NCBI GenBank assembly: GCA_050953065.1
Contig: JBMNLZ010000002.1
Location: 64,001 to 128,000, forward strand
Origin: Bacilli bacterium
GTDB taxonomy: Bacteria > Bacillota_I > Bacilli_A > ML615J-28 > CAG-698
Direction: 5' to 3'
Length of the DNA stretch: 64,000 nt
Below, piece after piece: positions 1-9,653 of this stretch. Positions within the stretch are counted from its first letter, which is position 1. Every line of letters starts with the position of its first letter. The translations under genes were made by a program, and so were the position numbers. A model generated the notes under the pieces. It did no database searches. It was not told where the DNA came from and saw nothing but the letters and a program-made list of their open reading frames with translations.

Positions 1-312
1 AACAGAAGTAAATCCTGCATCGATTGCAGCCTTACATGCATCAAATGAACTTCCGTGGTCTAAATGAATTGCAACATCTACAGAAATTTTTTGATCTTTG
101 ATTAATCCTTTTACCATTCCAACAACAGTTTTATACCCGCCCATATAACGAGCAGCACCTTCTGATACTCCTAGAATTACTGGAGAATTCATTTCTTCAG
201 AAACTGCAAGGATTGTTTTTGTCCATTCAAGATTATTAATATTGAATTGACCAACCGCATACTTTTCTTCTTTTGCTTTTAAAAGCATATGTTTCATATT
301 AACTAAAGCCAT
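1..312 (-). CDS. fba: class II fructose-1,6-bisphosphate aldolase (5' part; runs off window edge)
   Basis: Not in ORF track. Manual translation from ATG at 312 (GGAGG RBS at 320-324) gives [30 protein letters not shown]...[17 protein letters not shown]...VAIHLDHG. Confidence 0.93.
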   Translation of the reverse strand, partial: MALVNMKHMLLKAKEEKYAVGQFNINNLEWTKTILAVSEEMNSPVILGVSEGAARYMGGYKTVVGMVKGLIKDQKISVDVAIHLDHGSSFDACKAAIDAGFTSV

Positions 313-323
313 ACTCATACCTC

Positions 324-626
324 CTATTTCTTTTTACTTGTGTATTGTTTTAGTAATTCTTGATCTTGTTCTTTTTTCATTTCTTTTACTGCTTGTTTTT
401 TCTCTAATCTATATGATACTAATATTAAGATTCCATAAGATACAATCGCAACACCAAGCCATGCTATGGCATATGGTTGGATAGCAACTAAAGCTCCACC
501 CATAACATAATCCATTGTATGAGGAGTTGATACCCATGCTATAAAATATATTAGGAAATATAAAACAGCAATCCCAGCAAAAATGGAAATTCCAATTAGC
601 CATTTTTTAAAAGTTTTTTCGTTCAT
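324..626 (-). CDS. hypothetical membrane protein (2 TM)
   Basis: 100 aa ORF with two hydrophobic segments, GAGGTG RBS, directly upstream of fba. Confidence 0.7.
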   Translation of the reverse strand: MNEKTFKKWLIGISIFAGIAVLYFLIYFIAWVSTPHTMDYVMGGALVAIQPYAIAWLGVAIVSYGILILVSYRLEKKQAVKEMKKEQDQELLKQYTSKKK

Positions 627-698
627 GTTTCACCTCGAGTTAATTAATTTTAAAAACCTTTTTTATTATATCACGAAAATTATTAAACTTCAATAATA

Positions 699-968
699 TT
701 ATACATTTTCAATTCCTTTATTTGTTTTTATTTTTTTAATAACAAACTTATTCAAAACTAAAATTAAAACTAAAAGAAGTACTGCTCCTACAAAAAATGT
801 CCCTGACATTAAAAGAAAACCAGTATATCTTCCATTAGGAAAACTTGGATCAACTGCAATTAGTCTTGGTTGTTTTGAAGCTAAAAGCAAATACCCAAAG
901 GCTGAATAAAAACAATACATCATACAAATCCCACAAATCAACATAAATAATTTAACAACGCTTTTCAT
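699..968 (-). CDS. hypothetical membrane protein (2 TM)
   Basis: 89 aa ORF with two hydrophobic segments, 2 bp after the upstream gene. Confidence 0.65.
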   Translation of the reverse strand: MKSVVKLFMLICGICMMYCFYSAFGYLLLASKQPRLIAVDPSFPNGRYTGFLLMSGTFFVGAVLLLVLILVLNKFVIKKIKTNKGIENV

Positions 969-970
969 TT

Positions 971-1609
971 TTATCCCTCCATCCTATATTCTCTAAACTC
1001 AGACTTTTTAAAATAACCCATTTTTTCATTATGAGGAATTGGTTTTTCTATAACATAACCTTCAAAAAGCATAATCTCTTCTTTTAGGCTTGTTGGTGTT
1101 ATCACCATGCCTGATGAAAGATGGGCTTCTTCTCCAACAATTTCATTCCATAAATTAAACGAAAAGTAAGAACAATTTTTTCTAGGAGTCCATAAATCAT
1201 TTTCTTCAATAAAAGTATTCATTTTTTCAATATCTTCTACTGTCAATCCATAACTTAAAGAATATCTATTTATATATCTTTGATACTCATGAATATAAGC
1301 ACTTTCTATATTAAACCAAACACCAGCATGTAGGCTTGTATTCCAAGCACTAAAAGTAATCTCTTCAGTTGGTGCTACATCAAATCCATAAATAGTAATA
1401 ACTTCACTACTTTTATTTTCTAAAGTTAAAAAAGCATGTCCTAAATTCATAAGTCCATATTTAGTCTCATCTTTTCCATCGTATGTTACTAAACTTAAAA
1501 TCGCAACTGCATCTTCAGAAATAATTATTTTATTCTTTAAGATAGGCTCTTTTTTAACACAACCAACGCTAAAGATTAATAACATAAACAACAAAATTAT
1601 CCTCTTCAT
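971..1609 (-). CDS. putative lipoprotein, possible permuted papain-like (His...Cys) fold
   Basis: Start moved to MKRIIL (GGAGGA RBS). Lipobox FSVG-C. Motifs GHAFL and NCSYFS in His-before-Cys order. Confidence 0.65.
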   Translation of the reverse strand: MKRIILLFMLLIFSVGCVKKEPILKNKIIISEDAVAILSLVTYDGKDETKYGLMNLGHAFLTLENKSSEVITIYGFDVAPTEEITFSAWNTSLHAGVWFNIESAYIHEYQRYINRYSLSYGLTVEDIEKMNTFIEENDLWTPRKNCSYFSFNLWNEIVGEEAHLSSGMVITPTSLKEEIMLFEGYVIEKPIPHNEKMGYFKKSEFREYRMEG

Positions 1610-1721
1610 ATTATCCTCCAAAAATAAACTGATAATTTATTTTATCACAAAATTATTTAAAGTCCATTGTTTATTAAAACAAAAATAAAGTTGTAAGAAA
1701 ATTACAACTTTATTAATTAAT

Positions 1722-2561
1722 TTATTCAATAAACTCTATATAAATATTTCCATTTGTTGTGTTTAGTTTTATAACATTTGATTTACTTGGATTAAGAGTT
1801 TGACTTGCTAGTACCATATCTTCAAAATAAATCTTACCATTTGTTGTTCTGACACTTATTCTAAAGTCATCTGAATTACCAATGATGCTTACTCTTACTG
1901 TACCGTTTGTTGTAGCACAATCTGCATCAAGTGTCATAACACTTGTTAAGTTGATATTTCCATTAGTTGTTTCAGCAGATAACTTTTTATCTATTCTAGA
2001 ATTTACCACACTAATAGTCCCATTTGTTGTATTCATTGTAGCATCATTTTCAACATAAACATCTCTTAATGTTAAAGAACCATTCGTAGTTTCTAAATCA
2101 ACCATATTAATTAAAGATATATTTTCAACCTTAATATTTCCATTAGTTGTTTCAATATAAATATTACCTGAAAAACTAGCTGGTAAAAATAATTTAACTA
2201 ATCTAATGTGACTTGAAGTCCATTTAAAGATTGTAAAAATTTGTCTTTTTGTAATATTATCTAAAATTAATCTTCCTTCTGTATAATTATAATTAAAACT
2301 ATCCTTTTCAGAATTAAAATATTCTAAATGCCAACTATCATCACTTGATAGCACAACTTCAACTGATCTATTAATTGCTGTAATATTAATTTCTGTAATT
2401 GTTTCTGTTCCTTCTTGTTTTATAAAAGTATATGACCCATCATCATTAAAATGAGTTGCTACACTTTTTATATCTCCACCCAAAGCAAAAACTCCTACTA
2501 AAGAGATAACTATTCCAAACAACATTGCTAAACCTAAAAATTTTAAAATTTTACTAAGCAT
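1722..2561 (-). CDS. DUF4097 family beta-strand repeat protein (putative adhesin)
   Basis: N-terminal TM and repeated TTNG(N/T)I motifs; typical third gene of PadR-DUF1700-DUF4097 operons. Confidence 0.85.
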   Translation of the reverse strand: MLSKILKFLGLAMLFGIVISLVGVFALGGDIKSVATHFNDDGSYTFIKQEGTETITEINITAINRSVEVVLSSDDSWHLEYFNSEKDSFNYNYTEGRLILDNITKRQIFTIFKWTSSHIRLVKLFLPASFSGNIYIETTNGNIKVENISLINMVDLETTNGSLTLRDVYVENDATMNTTNGTISVVNSRIDKKLSAETTNGNINLTSVMTLDADCATTNGTVRVSIIGNSDDFRISVRTTNGKIYFEDMVLASQTLNPSKSNVIKLNTTNGNIYIEFIE

Positions 2562-3138
2562 TAGTATTTACCTCCACTTTTTTCTTAATTACCCTACTAA
2601 ACAATTTAGTTATTTTATTAAATAAAAATACCGCTAATTGATAAGCCCAAATCAGCAACATTCCAATAAAACTTAAAGCAAAAATAAGAATTCCTGCAAC
2701 AATAAATCCATTACCAATCCCTAAAGTTCCACTTAAAAGTAGTGGTACTGCAACAATTATTGCTATTATAAAAGATGAAATTAAACCAACTATAGAACCT
2801 AAAAACCCAAGAAATAACCCTATCGCAATTGCAACAAAACCTATCGCTAATAAAACCAAAATAGGGGAAGTACAAATTGCTAAAATTGCAACAAAACTTT
2901 TCCATGATTTTTTAATGTCTTTAGAATCACTTCTATTTTCTACAATATCAACTGTAATCCTAGCAACTATTTTTTCTATATCACCAAAACCTTCTATAAT
3001 TTCAGCCTCTGTTTTACCAGCTTCAACTCCTTCAGCTATTATTTCTTCATAATAAGAAATAGCTTCACTAATTTCTATTTCAGAAAACTTATTTTTAAGT
3101 GCTTCTTTTAATTTTAAAACAAATTCATTTTTATCCAT
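2554..3138 (-). CDS. DUF1700 (HAAS-like) membrane protein
   Basis: Start MDKNEFVLKLKEAL (GAAGGAG RBS), EAISYYEEIIAEGVEAGKTEAEIIEGFG, then TM helices. Confidence 0.85.
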   Translation of the reverse strand: MDKNEFVLKLKEALKNKFSEIEISEAISYYEEIIAEGVEAGKTEAEIIEGFGDIEKIVARITVDIVENRSDSKDIKKSWKSFVAILAICTSPILVLLAIGFVAIAIGLFLGFLGSIVGLISSFIIAIIVAVPLLLSGTLGIGNGFIVAGILIFALSFIGMLLIWAYQLAVFLFNKITKLFSRVIKKKVEVNTNA

Positions 3139-3457
3139 TTCTATCTCCTTCTTCATTTCTTAAAATAAAATCATAAACTTTTTTAATATCTTCCCATTCT
3201 TTTTTAAAACTAACTAACCGTTCTTTTCCATTATCTGTTATTCGATAATACTTTCTAAGCCTCCCATTATATTCTTCTTGATAAGTACTTATACTTCCAC
3301 TTGCTTCAAGGCGCCTTAGAATTGGGTATAAAGTAGATTCGCTAATTTCAATAATCTCTGATAACTCTTGAACTATTTTATAACCATATGATTCTTCTTT
3401 CTTTAAAAACCCTAAAACAAACATCTCTAAGATTCCTTTTTTAAGTTGCGTTTTCAT
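3131..3457 (-). CDS. PadR family transcriptional regulator
   Basis: QLKKGILE...YGYKI...ESTLYPILRRLE...RKYYRITDNG. Confidence 0.93.
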   Translation of the reverse strand: MKTQLKKGILEMFVLGFLKKEESYGYKIVQELSEIIEISESTLYPILRRLEASGSISTYQEEYNGRLRKYYRITDNGKERLVSFKKEWEDIKKVYDFILRNEEGDRNG

Positions 3458-3474
3458 AAATACCCCCTTTCACA

Positions 3475-3507
3475 CAATATTATACATTGCATAGTATTGC
3501 TTGTCAA
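3475..3507 (-). promoter_or_regulatory. sigma-A promoter of the padR operon with overlapping inverted repeat (probable PadR operator)
   Basis: Minus-strand TTGACA (3502-3507), 17 bp spacer, TATAAT (3479-3484). Imperfect IR CAATATTATACA-T-TGCATAGTATTG at 3475-3499. Confidence 0.75.
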
Positions 3508-3658
3508 TAGAAAAAATAAAAATATTTTAAATATTTTAAATCGTAGGTTCATTCTTAAGGAGTTGTTTGTTTGCAATTTTAAAATTTTTATATTATAATA
3601 TTTGTAGATATTTATCTTAAAATAGATAAATAAGTTTTAGAGTTGAGGGGACTTAAAA

Positions 3659-4813
3659 ATGTTTTTATTAGAAGTTGTATTAGAAGAAATTCTAGTTGCT
3701 AACTCGGTTGGTTTACTCGTACTGATTGTTTCTATGTTGTCTCGGATTGAAATAAGAAAGGAAAAGCATATCAGTGGAAAGTTTTTTGAAGGAATGGTTT
3801 GGATTACTTTCTTGGCTTTAATTATGGAAACATTAACTTTTGTAATAGATGAAAAGCCAGGAGTTATAATCCATATCCTACAGCATGTAACTAACGCCTA
3901 CCTTTTCCTTGCTTCAAGTTGCGTCGGTATACTTTGGGTATTATTTGTTGATGTTCGTATTTTCCATAGTATTCCCCGAATCAAAAAATGGCTTAAAGTT
4001 CTTATCATCCCATATGCTATTTTAATTTTGTTCATCATATGCGACCTTTTCGGAACAAATTTTATTTTTTCTATCGATGAAAATAATAAATATGTGCGTG
4101 GTGATTTTGTAGTTTTCTCGTTTGCTTTTGTATATTGCTGTTATGCTATAACTTTAGTTCTTGCAATTCTTGCTGTAAAGCGACACGGACATATTCGGTT
4201 TTTCCCAGTTCACTATTTTATAATACCTTCTCTTTTAGGAACAATAGCCCAAGGTTTATTTTATGGTTTGTCTGTAGGATGGTTATGTTTAAGTATTTCA
4301 CTTTTATTTATCCAACTACATCTTGCAAACCAGAATGCATGTGAGGACGAACTTTCAGGATTATACAATCGTAAATACTTTGGTTGGATGCTTGAAAAAC
4401 TAACATCTACTAAAAAGAACCGTTTGATTGGAGCAATCATGATGGATGTTGACCACTTCAAAACTATAAATGATGAATTCGGCCATTCAGTTGGTGATGA
4501 TGTTATCCAAACTATTGGTAAACTCTTATCAAAGATTAACACAGCCAGCACAATTGCTTTCCGTATTGGAGGCGATGAATTTGTTGTTCTTCACGTAAAT
4601 CATAGCGAAACTGAACTTGAACAATTATGTTCAAAAATTAATGACCAAGTATCAGAGTTTAATAAAACCACAACAAAACCATATTCATTATCCGTTTCTA
4701 TGGCATATTCAACTTGCAACACGGCTAACTTTAGTCCAGACCAATTCTTCCATCAACTGGATTTAAAGATGTATGAACAAAAAGCACTAAAGAAAACAAA
4801 GGTTCGTAAATAA
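3659..4813 (+). CDS. membrane-bound GGDEF domain protein (putative diguanylate cyclase)
   Basis: About 7 N-terminal TM segments; DELSGLYNR, MDVDHFKTINDEFGHSVGD, FRIGGDEF. Confidence 0.92.
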   Translation: MFLLEVVLEEILVANSVGLLVLIVSMLSRIEIRKEKHISGKFFEGMVWITFLALIMETLTFVIDEKPGVIIHILQHVTNAYLFLASSCVGILWVLFVDVRIFHSIPRIKKWLKVLIIPYAILILFIICDLFGTNFIFSIDENNKYVRGDFVVFSFAFVYCCYAITLVLAILAVKRHGHIRFFPVHYFIIPSLLGTIAQGLFYGLSVGWLCLSISLLFIQLHLANQNACEDELSGLYNRKYFGWMLEKLTSTKKNRLIGAIMMDVDHFKTINDEFGHSVGDDVIQTIGKLLSKINTASTIAFRIGGDEFVVLHVNHSETELEQLCSKINDQVSEFNKTTTKPYSLSVSMAYSTCNTANFSPDQFFHQLDLKMYEQKALKKTKVRK

Positions 4814-4871
4814 AAAAGATTTATAAATAAAAAAGAAAAATATTTTAAATATTTTTCTTTTTTTTGTTTTA

Positions 4872-5867
4872 TTATAAATTTTTAATAATCTCAACAACCA
4901 TTGAAGAAGCTGTTCCTTTTCCTCCCATATCTGGAGTCGATGTTTCTTTATTTTTTAATGCTTCTTTAATTGCATTTTTAATTCTTGCACTCGCTTCTTT
5001 TTCTCCAATATGATCTAACATCATTGTTGCAGATAATAATAAAGCAATTGGATTAGCTCTATCTTGTCCTACCATTTTAGGAGCAGAACCATGAACTGCT
5101 TCAAAGATTGCAATCTCTTTTCCCATATTAGCACCAGGTGCAACACCAAGACCACCAACCAGTCCTGCTACTAAATCAGAAACAATATCTCCATATAAAT
5201 TTGGAGCAACTAACATATCATATTCTTCTGGTTTTTTAACAAGTTGCATACACATATTATCAACGATTTTATCATCTGCAATAATACTTGGATATTCTTC
5301 TTTCATTTCATTAAAAATCTTTAAAAATAATCCATCTGTTTTTTTCAAGATATTTGATTTATGAATACAAGTTAATCTTTTACGATTATTCTTAACTGCA
5401 TATTCAAAAGCAAATCTAATAATGTTTCTTGTTGCTTTTTCTGTGATTAGTTTTATTGCTTTTGCTCCACCTTCAATATCTTCTTCTAACCCAATATATA
5501 AATCTTCAGTATTTTCTCTAATCATTACAATGTCCACATCATCATATTTACTTAAACCTGGAATCAAAGTTTTTGCAGGTCTTACATTAGCATATAAATC
5601 AAACTTAAGCCTTAACTCAACATTAACAGATCTAAACCCCTCACCAATAGGAGTAGTAACTGGCCCTTTTAGAGCAACTTTATATTTGTTAACAGCTACT
5701 GCTACTTCATCTGGAATTAAAACTCCTGTTTTATCATATGCAAGCTGACCAATCAAAAATTCATGCCATCTTATTTTGACTCCAGCTGCTTCAATTATTT
5801 TAAGACATGCATCCGTAATCTCAGGACCAATTCCATCTCCTTTAAATAAAACTATATCATGAATCAT
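4872..5867 (-). CDS. icd: isocitrate dehydrogenase (IDH/IPMDH family, NAD-type)
   Basis: GDGIGPEI, RENTEDLY, HKSNILK, NLYGDIVSDL, EAVHGSAP; in operon with citrate synthase and aconitase. Confidence 0.85.
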   Translation of the reverse strand: MIHDIVLFKGDGIGPEITDACLKIIEAAGVKIRWHEFLIGQLAYDKTGVLIPDEVAVAVNKYKVALKGPVTTPIGEGFRSVNVELRLKFDLYANVRPAKTLIPGLSKYDDVDIVMIRENTEDLYIGLEEDIEGGAKAIKLITEKATRNIIRFAFEYAVKNNRKRLTCIHKSNILKKTDGLFLKIFNEMKEEYPSIIADDKIVDNMCMQLVKKPEEYDMLVAPNLYGDIVSDLVAGLVGGLGVAPGANMGKEIAIFEAVHGSAPKMVGQDRANPIALLLSATMMLDHIGEKEASARIKNAIKEALKNKETSTPDMGGKGTASSMVVEIIKNL

Positions 5868-7192
5868 TTCTTTTCACCAATCTTTCTAAATTCTCCAACA
5901 TAAAGTGCTGCTGGTCTAATCATTCTACTACAATAAAGTTTGTTTTCAATATTATGAGCAACCCAACCTACCATTCTAGCTGTTGCAAATATTGGAGTAC
6001 ATAACTCTTCTGGAATATCTAACAATCTATAAGTTAAGCCACTATAAAAGTCAACATTCGCACAAACGTTAAAGTTTTCACCTTTTCTTTTCTTTAATTC
6101 TCTAATTGCAATTTTTTCAAAACGATAATAGAAATCAAATCTCTTACCCTCACCTTTTGAAATTGCTAATTCCTTACATTTTGTTCTTAATAGTTCTGCT
6201 CTTGGATCACTTTTTGTATAAACTGCATGACCTAATCCATAGATTAAACCTTTCTTATCATAAAAGTTTTTATCTAATAAATCATTAACTATTTTAGTAA
6301 TTGTATTATCAGTTGCATTAATTCCAATCTTTTTTATCACAGCTTTAAACATATCATCTACTTCTTTACTAGCACCACCATGTAGCGGTCCTTTTAAAGA
6401 ACCAAGTGCCGCAGAAACCGATGAATAAAAATCAGTTGCTGTAGAACTTACAACAATATTAGTAAAAGTTGAGTTATTAGCACCACCATGATCTGCATGA
6501 ATCATTAATAATAAATCTAATGTTTGAGCTTCTTCTTTTGTAAAGGTGTCTTCTTTTCTAAGTAAATGTAATATATTTTCTGCAATTGAATAATTTTTAT
6601 TAGGTAAGTGAACTATCAAACTATTCTCATCAATTAAATGTGATTTTGAATAATAAGTATAAACAGCTAAAGCTGGCATCTTAGCAAGTAAAGATACTCC
6701 TTTTTCTAAAACAACTTTTGGATCAGTTGAATCTGGATCTTCATCATAAATATAAAGAGTTAAAACATTTCTTTGAAGTTGATTCATTAAGTTTTTACTA
6801 GGATATTCTAAAATAACTCTAGTATTAAATTTTCTTGGTAAATTATATAAATTTGCTAGAGTTTTTTTAAACTCTTCTAATTCACTATCAGTTGGTAATT
6901 CACCAAACAATATCAAATAACAAATCCTTTCAAAGCCATATCTTTCATAATTTTGATTAACTAAATCATTTAAATCATAACCTCTATAATATAAATGTCC
7001 TTCATCATCTACTTTTTTCCCATCTACTATATTATAACCATGAACCTCACAAATTTTAGTAAGACCCACTAAAACTCCAGTTCCATTAACATTTCTTAAT
7101 CCTCTTTTTACATTATGTTCTTCATATAATTTTCCATCAATGAAATTTCTTTCTGTTGACTCTACATATTTTTTAGTTAAAAAATTGTCCAT
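5864..7192 (-). CDS. gltA: citrate synthase
   Basis: HADHGGANNSTF, GPLHGGA, GLGHAVY..SDPRA, NVDFYSG. Confidence 0.92.
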   Translation of the reverse strand: MDNFLTKKYVESTERNFIDGKLYEEHNVKRGLRNVNGTGVLVGLTKICEVHGYNIVDGKKVDDEGHLYYRGYDLNDLVNQNYERYGFERICYLILFGELPTDSELEEFKKTLANLYNLPRKFNTRVILEYPSKNLMNQLQRNVLTLYIYDEDPDSTDPKVVLEKGVSLLAKMPALAVYTYYSKSHLIDENSLIVHLPNKNYSIAENILHLLRKEDTFTKEEAQTLDLLLMIHADHGGANNSTFTNIVVSSTATDFYSSVSAALGSLKGPLHGGASKEVDDMFKAVIKKIGINATDNTITKIVNDLLDKNFYDKKGLIYGLGHAVYTKSDPRAELLRTKCKELAISKGEGKRFDFYYRFEKIAIRELKKRKGENFNVCANVDFYSGLTYRLLDIPEELCTPIFATARMVGWVAHNIENKLYCSRMIRPAALYVGEFRKIGEKK

Positions 7193-7201
7193 AGTTTTCT
7201 C

Positions 7202-9109
7202 CTATTTTTTATTTAAATTTTTAATAAATTTAAGCATTCCACCAGCTTTGATAATTTCGATTTCTTTTTTATCTAAATTATGAGAAACTTCAAAATCAAA
7301 ATTTTTGCTTATATTCTTAACTAGCAAAGTTTTATCTTCAATAATATCACTTGTATTAATTTCTAAAATATCTTTTTGAAAGATTTTATTATAATCTTCC
7401 TCATTAACAAATACAAATGGTAAGATTCCAAAATTAATTAAATTCTTTCTATGAATTCTAGCAAAACTTTTAGTAATAACTGCTTTTACTCCTAAATATT
7501 TAGGAGCAATTGCAGCATGCTCTCTACTAGAACCTTGTCCATAATTGTGCCCTGCTACAACAATACTTCCTCCTAACTCTAAGGCTCTTGCTTTAAAGTT
7601 AGGATCTTTTGTATTAAAAACAAATTCTGAAATTTTATCAATATTTGATCTATAAGGTAAGACTTTACTGCCTGCTGGCATTATATCATCGGTTGTAATA
7701 TTATCATCTAGTTTTAAAATAACTTCATTCTTAACTGTCTTTTCTAAAGGGCTAGCCTCAAACAAAGGTTTAATATTTGGACCCCTAACAATTACGTCTT
7801 TAAACGTTGGTGCAATTATCATAGAATCATCAATAATAAATTCTTTTGGCATTGGCATTTCATTAAAGTTAGAATCGTTTGTAATAAAACCTTTAATAGC
7901 AGAAGAAATCGCAGTCTCAGGGCTTACTAAATAAACCTTGGCAGAAAGAGTCCCACTTCTTCCGTAAAAGTTTCTATTAAAAGTTCTTAAAGACACCGCA
8001 TCAGTTGCAGGTGACATACCCATCCCAATACAAGCCCCACAAGCTGATTCTAAAATTCTTGCTCCTGCTTGAATAAAGATTTCTAAAATACCATCTCTTG
8101 TAATCATTTCTAAAACTTGTTTTGAACCTGGTACTATTCCTAAACTGACATCTTTGTGGATCTTTTTACCTTTAATAATACTAGCCGCTTTCATTAAGTC
8201 ATAATAAGATGAATTAGTACAACTGCCAATTAAAACTTGATCAACTTTAATATGACTTAGTGTTTCAATTCCTGCAACTTTATCAGGACTATGAGGCATT
8301 GCTGCAAGTGGAGTTAACAAACTTAAATCTATGATATATTTTTCATCATAAATTGCATCCTTATCAGCTTCTAGCTCTACAAAATCACTTTCTCTTTTTT
8401 GCATTTTTAAAAATTCAAGCGTTACTTCATCACTTGGAAAAATTGAACTAGTTGCTCCAAGTTCTGCTCCCATATTAGTTATTGTTGCTCTTTCTGGAAC
8501 ACTTAAACTTTTAATACCTTCTCCACTATATTCAATAACTTTATTAACGCCACCTTTAACAGTTAACATTCTTAAAACTTCTAAAATAATATCTTTAGCA
8601 CTAACACCTTTTTTAAGTTTACCTCTTAATTCAATATTTACTATTTTAGGCATCACTAAAGTAAAACCTTCTCCTGCCATAGCTAGTGCTACATCTAGTC
8701 CTCCTGCACCAATTGCAAGCATCCCCATCCCTCCACTTGTTGGAGTGTGAGAATCAGAACCAAGTAAAGTTTTACCAGGTTTAGAAAATCTTTCTAAATG
8801 AACTTGATGACAAATTCCATTTCCTGCTTTAGAATAATATATTCCATATTTATCAGCTACAGTTTGTAGGTATTTGTGGTCATCAGCATTTTCAAAACCA
8901 CTTTGCAAAGTATTATGATCAACATAGCTAACTGAAATTTCAGTTTTTACCTTTTCAATTCCTAATTGTTCTAATTCTAAATAAGCCATTGTTCCAGTTG
9001 CATCTTGTGTTAAGGTTTGATCAATTCTAATTGAGATGTTTTCACCTTTAACCATCTCACCTTCCAATAAATGATTTTTAATAATTTTTTCTGTAAGTGT
9101 ACGTCCCAC
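7202..9109 (-). CDS. acnA: aconitate hydratase (short clostridial type)
   Basis: TQDATGT, GSDSHT, GSCTNSS, CGACIGMG, GQGSSREHA; GTG start with GAAGGGG RBS. Confidence 0.9.
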   Translation of the reverse strand: MGRTLTEKIIKNHLLEGEMVKGENISIRIDQTLTQDATGTMAYLELEQLGIEKVKTEISVSYVDHNTLQSGFENADDHKYLQTVADKYGIYYSKAGNGICHQVHLERFSKPGKTLLGSDSHTPTSGGMGMLAIGAGGLDVALAMAGEGFTLVMPKIVNIELRGKLKKGVSAKDIILEVLRMLTVKGGVNKVIEYSGEGIKSLSVPERATITNMGAELGATSSIFPSDEVTLEFLKMQKRESDFVELEADKDAIYDEKYIIDLSLLTPLAAMPHSPDKVAGIETLSHIKVDQVLIGSCTNSSYYDLMKAASIIKGKKIHKDVSLGIVPGSKQVLEMITRDGILEIFIQAGARILESACGACIGMGMSPATDAVSLRTFNRNFYGRSGTLSAKVYLVSPETAISSAIKGFITNDSNFNEMPMPKEFIIDDSMIIAPTFKDVIVRGPNIKPLFEASPLEKTVKNEVILKLDDNITTDDIMPAGSKVLPYRSNIDKISEFVFNTKDPNFKARALELGGSIVVAGHNYGQGSSREHAAIAPKYLGVKAVITKSFARIHRKNLINFGILPFVFVNEEDYNKIFQKDILEINTSDIIEDKTLLVKNISKNFDFEVSHNLDKKEIEIIKAGGMLKFIKNLNKK

Positions 9110-9146
9110 AAATACACCCCCTTCATATTCAAATTTAATTTATATC

Positions 9147-9175
9147 ATTATACTATAACCTCAATTATAAGTCAA
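9147..9175 (-). promoter_or_regulatory. sigma-A promoter of acn-gltA-icd operon
   Basis: TTGACT (9170-9175), 17 bp spacer, TATAAT (9147-9152) on the minus strand. Confidence 0.65.
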
Positions 9176-9221
9176 AACATATTTTAGTAAAAAAGAAAGC
9201 AACTTAAAATTTTTAAGTTGC

Positions 9222-9602
9222 TTAACTTTCTCTTCTAAACCAGAATGTTGTTGTCCCATGCTCATAAGAAAAATTCTCTACTATGATTTGACCATCCTCA
9301 TATCTATGCTCAAATTCGGGTGTAGTTTTATTCCATAAAATTATTTTTCTATTTTCAATTCTATATTCATAAATATCTTTAGTCCCAACATATTCACCAT
9401 TTTCTTTATAAGATGTGACTGCATCAATCTCAGCCCTACCTTGAGCAGATAGTTTAATCGTATATGATTTAAAATCAGCTTTAGTATAATATCCATTTGC
9501 ATCATATAAAGTATATGTTCCAGCATAAGCTGCATATTTGTTTGTACAACCAATTAAAATAAATACCCCAAAAATTAAAATTAAAATTCCTAGTCTTTTC
9601 AT
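9222..9602 (-). CDS. hypothetical lipoprotein
   Basis: MKRLGILILIFGVFILIG-C lipobox; GAGGTG RBS. Confidence 0.75.
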   Translation of the reverse strand: MKRLGILILIFGVFILIGCTNKYAAYAGTYTLYDANGYYTKADFKSYTIKLSAQGRAEIDAVTSYKENGEYVGTKDIYEYRIENRKIILWNKTTPEFEHRYEDGQIIVENFSYEHGTTTFWFRRES

Positions 9603-9653
9603 AACTCACCTCAAACATATAAACTATTATAACACAATTTTGATAAATATATC

